DNA of 12,004 nucleotides from a virus: the IMG/VR virus record IMGVR_UViG_3300009537_000402, positions 1 through 12,004 of that record; one strand, given 5' to 3'. The position numbers were made by a program, and so were the translations under genes. Shown one piece after another: positions 11,906-12,004 of this stretch (the first letter of the stretch is position 1; every line of letters begins with the position of its first letter). The notes under the pieces were generated by a model. That model searched no databases, had not been told where the DNA came from, and saw only the letters and a list, made by a program, of their open reading frames with translations.

Positions 11906-12004
11906 CCGAGCGTAGCGTTGCATCGATGACAACGCTTTAAGCCCCGACCCTACGCAAAAGGGTCAAACCCCTGTGGTTTGAGGGGTGCTGAGACTATTTA
12001 GGGC
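11906..12004. repeat. Terminal direct repeat, copy 2 (identical to 1-99).
   Basis: Same 99-nt string as 1-99. The window ends exactly where the copy ends, as expected for a fixed-length assembly overlap. Confidence 0.95.

Larger units (their letters stand above)
11790..12004. other. GC-rich structured non-coding island, 5' part. It continues through 100-161 after the duplicated 99 bp. Candidate structured ncRNA, packaging site or origin; the functional strand is unresolved.
   Basis: No ORF beyond a GTG-initiated extension of the terminase frame. Hand count gives 65 G+C in 11801-11905 and 55 G+C in 1-100, against a visibly AT-rich remainder. Stems seen: 11797-11801/11805-11809; 11828-11833 cccgcg/11837-11842 cgcggg; 11841-11844 ggcg/11858-11861 cgcc; 11870-11878 gtctcagca pairing with 81-89 tgctgagac; 11810-11829 pairing with 96-115. 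Confidence 0.5.

Noticed and set aside
1-12004. A CRISPR array, rRNA genes, a transposase or integrase, or a diversity-generating retroelement near the fiber genes.
   Set aside because: There are no regularly spaced repeat-spacer units. There is no rRNA-like sequence, no recombinase or reverse-transcriptase ORF, and no template-repeat copy of the fiber C-terminus elsewhere in the genome.

Overview
The first 99 bases (1-99) recur exactly at 11906-12004. The window is therefore one complete circular, or terminally redundant, 11,905-bp genome plus an assembly overlap. It reads as a very small, AT-rich, tailed-phage-like element, and every convincing gene is on the minus strand. In transcription order the genes are: large terminase; Dam-type N6-adenine methyltransferase; a small hypothetical protein; staphylococcal-nuclease homolog; three small ORFs; portal; a 458-aa Gly-rich and charged-repeat protein; a YvrJ-like 45-aa membrane peptide; an acidic scaffold-like protein; a 63-aa ORF; a DUF2190-like decoration protein; major capsid protein; three small ORFs; a tail fiber; a 72-aa ORF; a LamG-domain fiber or receptor-binding protein; a 55-aa ORF; a winged-helix protein; and 113-aa and 61-aa ORFs. 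Nine gene junctions are TAATG overlaps and four are ATGA overlaps. I could not recognise a DNA polymerase, primase, Rep or initiator, integrase, small terminase, tail tube or tape measure, prohead protease, or endolysin. The most unusual feature is a non-coding island of about 350 nt across the circular junction (about 11790-11905 plus 1-161), immediately upstream of the terminase gene. It is GC-rich and densely self-complementary, with a perfect 20-bp inverted repeat enclosing nested helices and several mutually exclusive pairings. I flag it as a candidate uncharacterised structured RNA or DNA element (packaging site, origin, or ncRNA). Strong Shine-Dalgarno sites (AGGTGA, GAGGT) and the YvrJ-like peptide suggest a low-GC Bacillota host, which is inference only. 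All protein family calls rest on motif recognition by eye and no searches were run.
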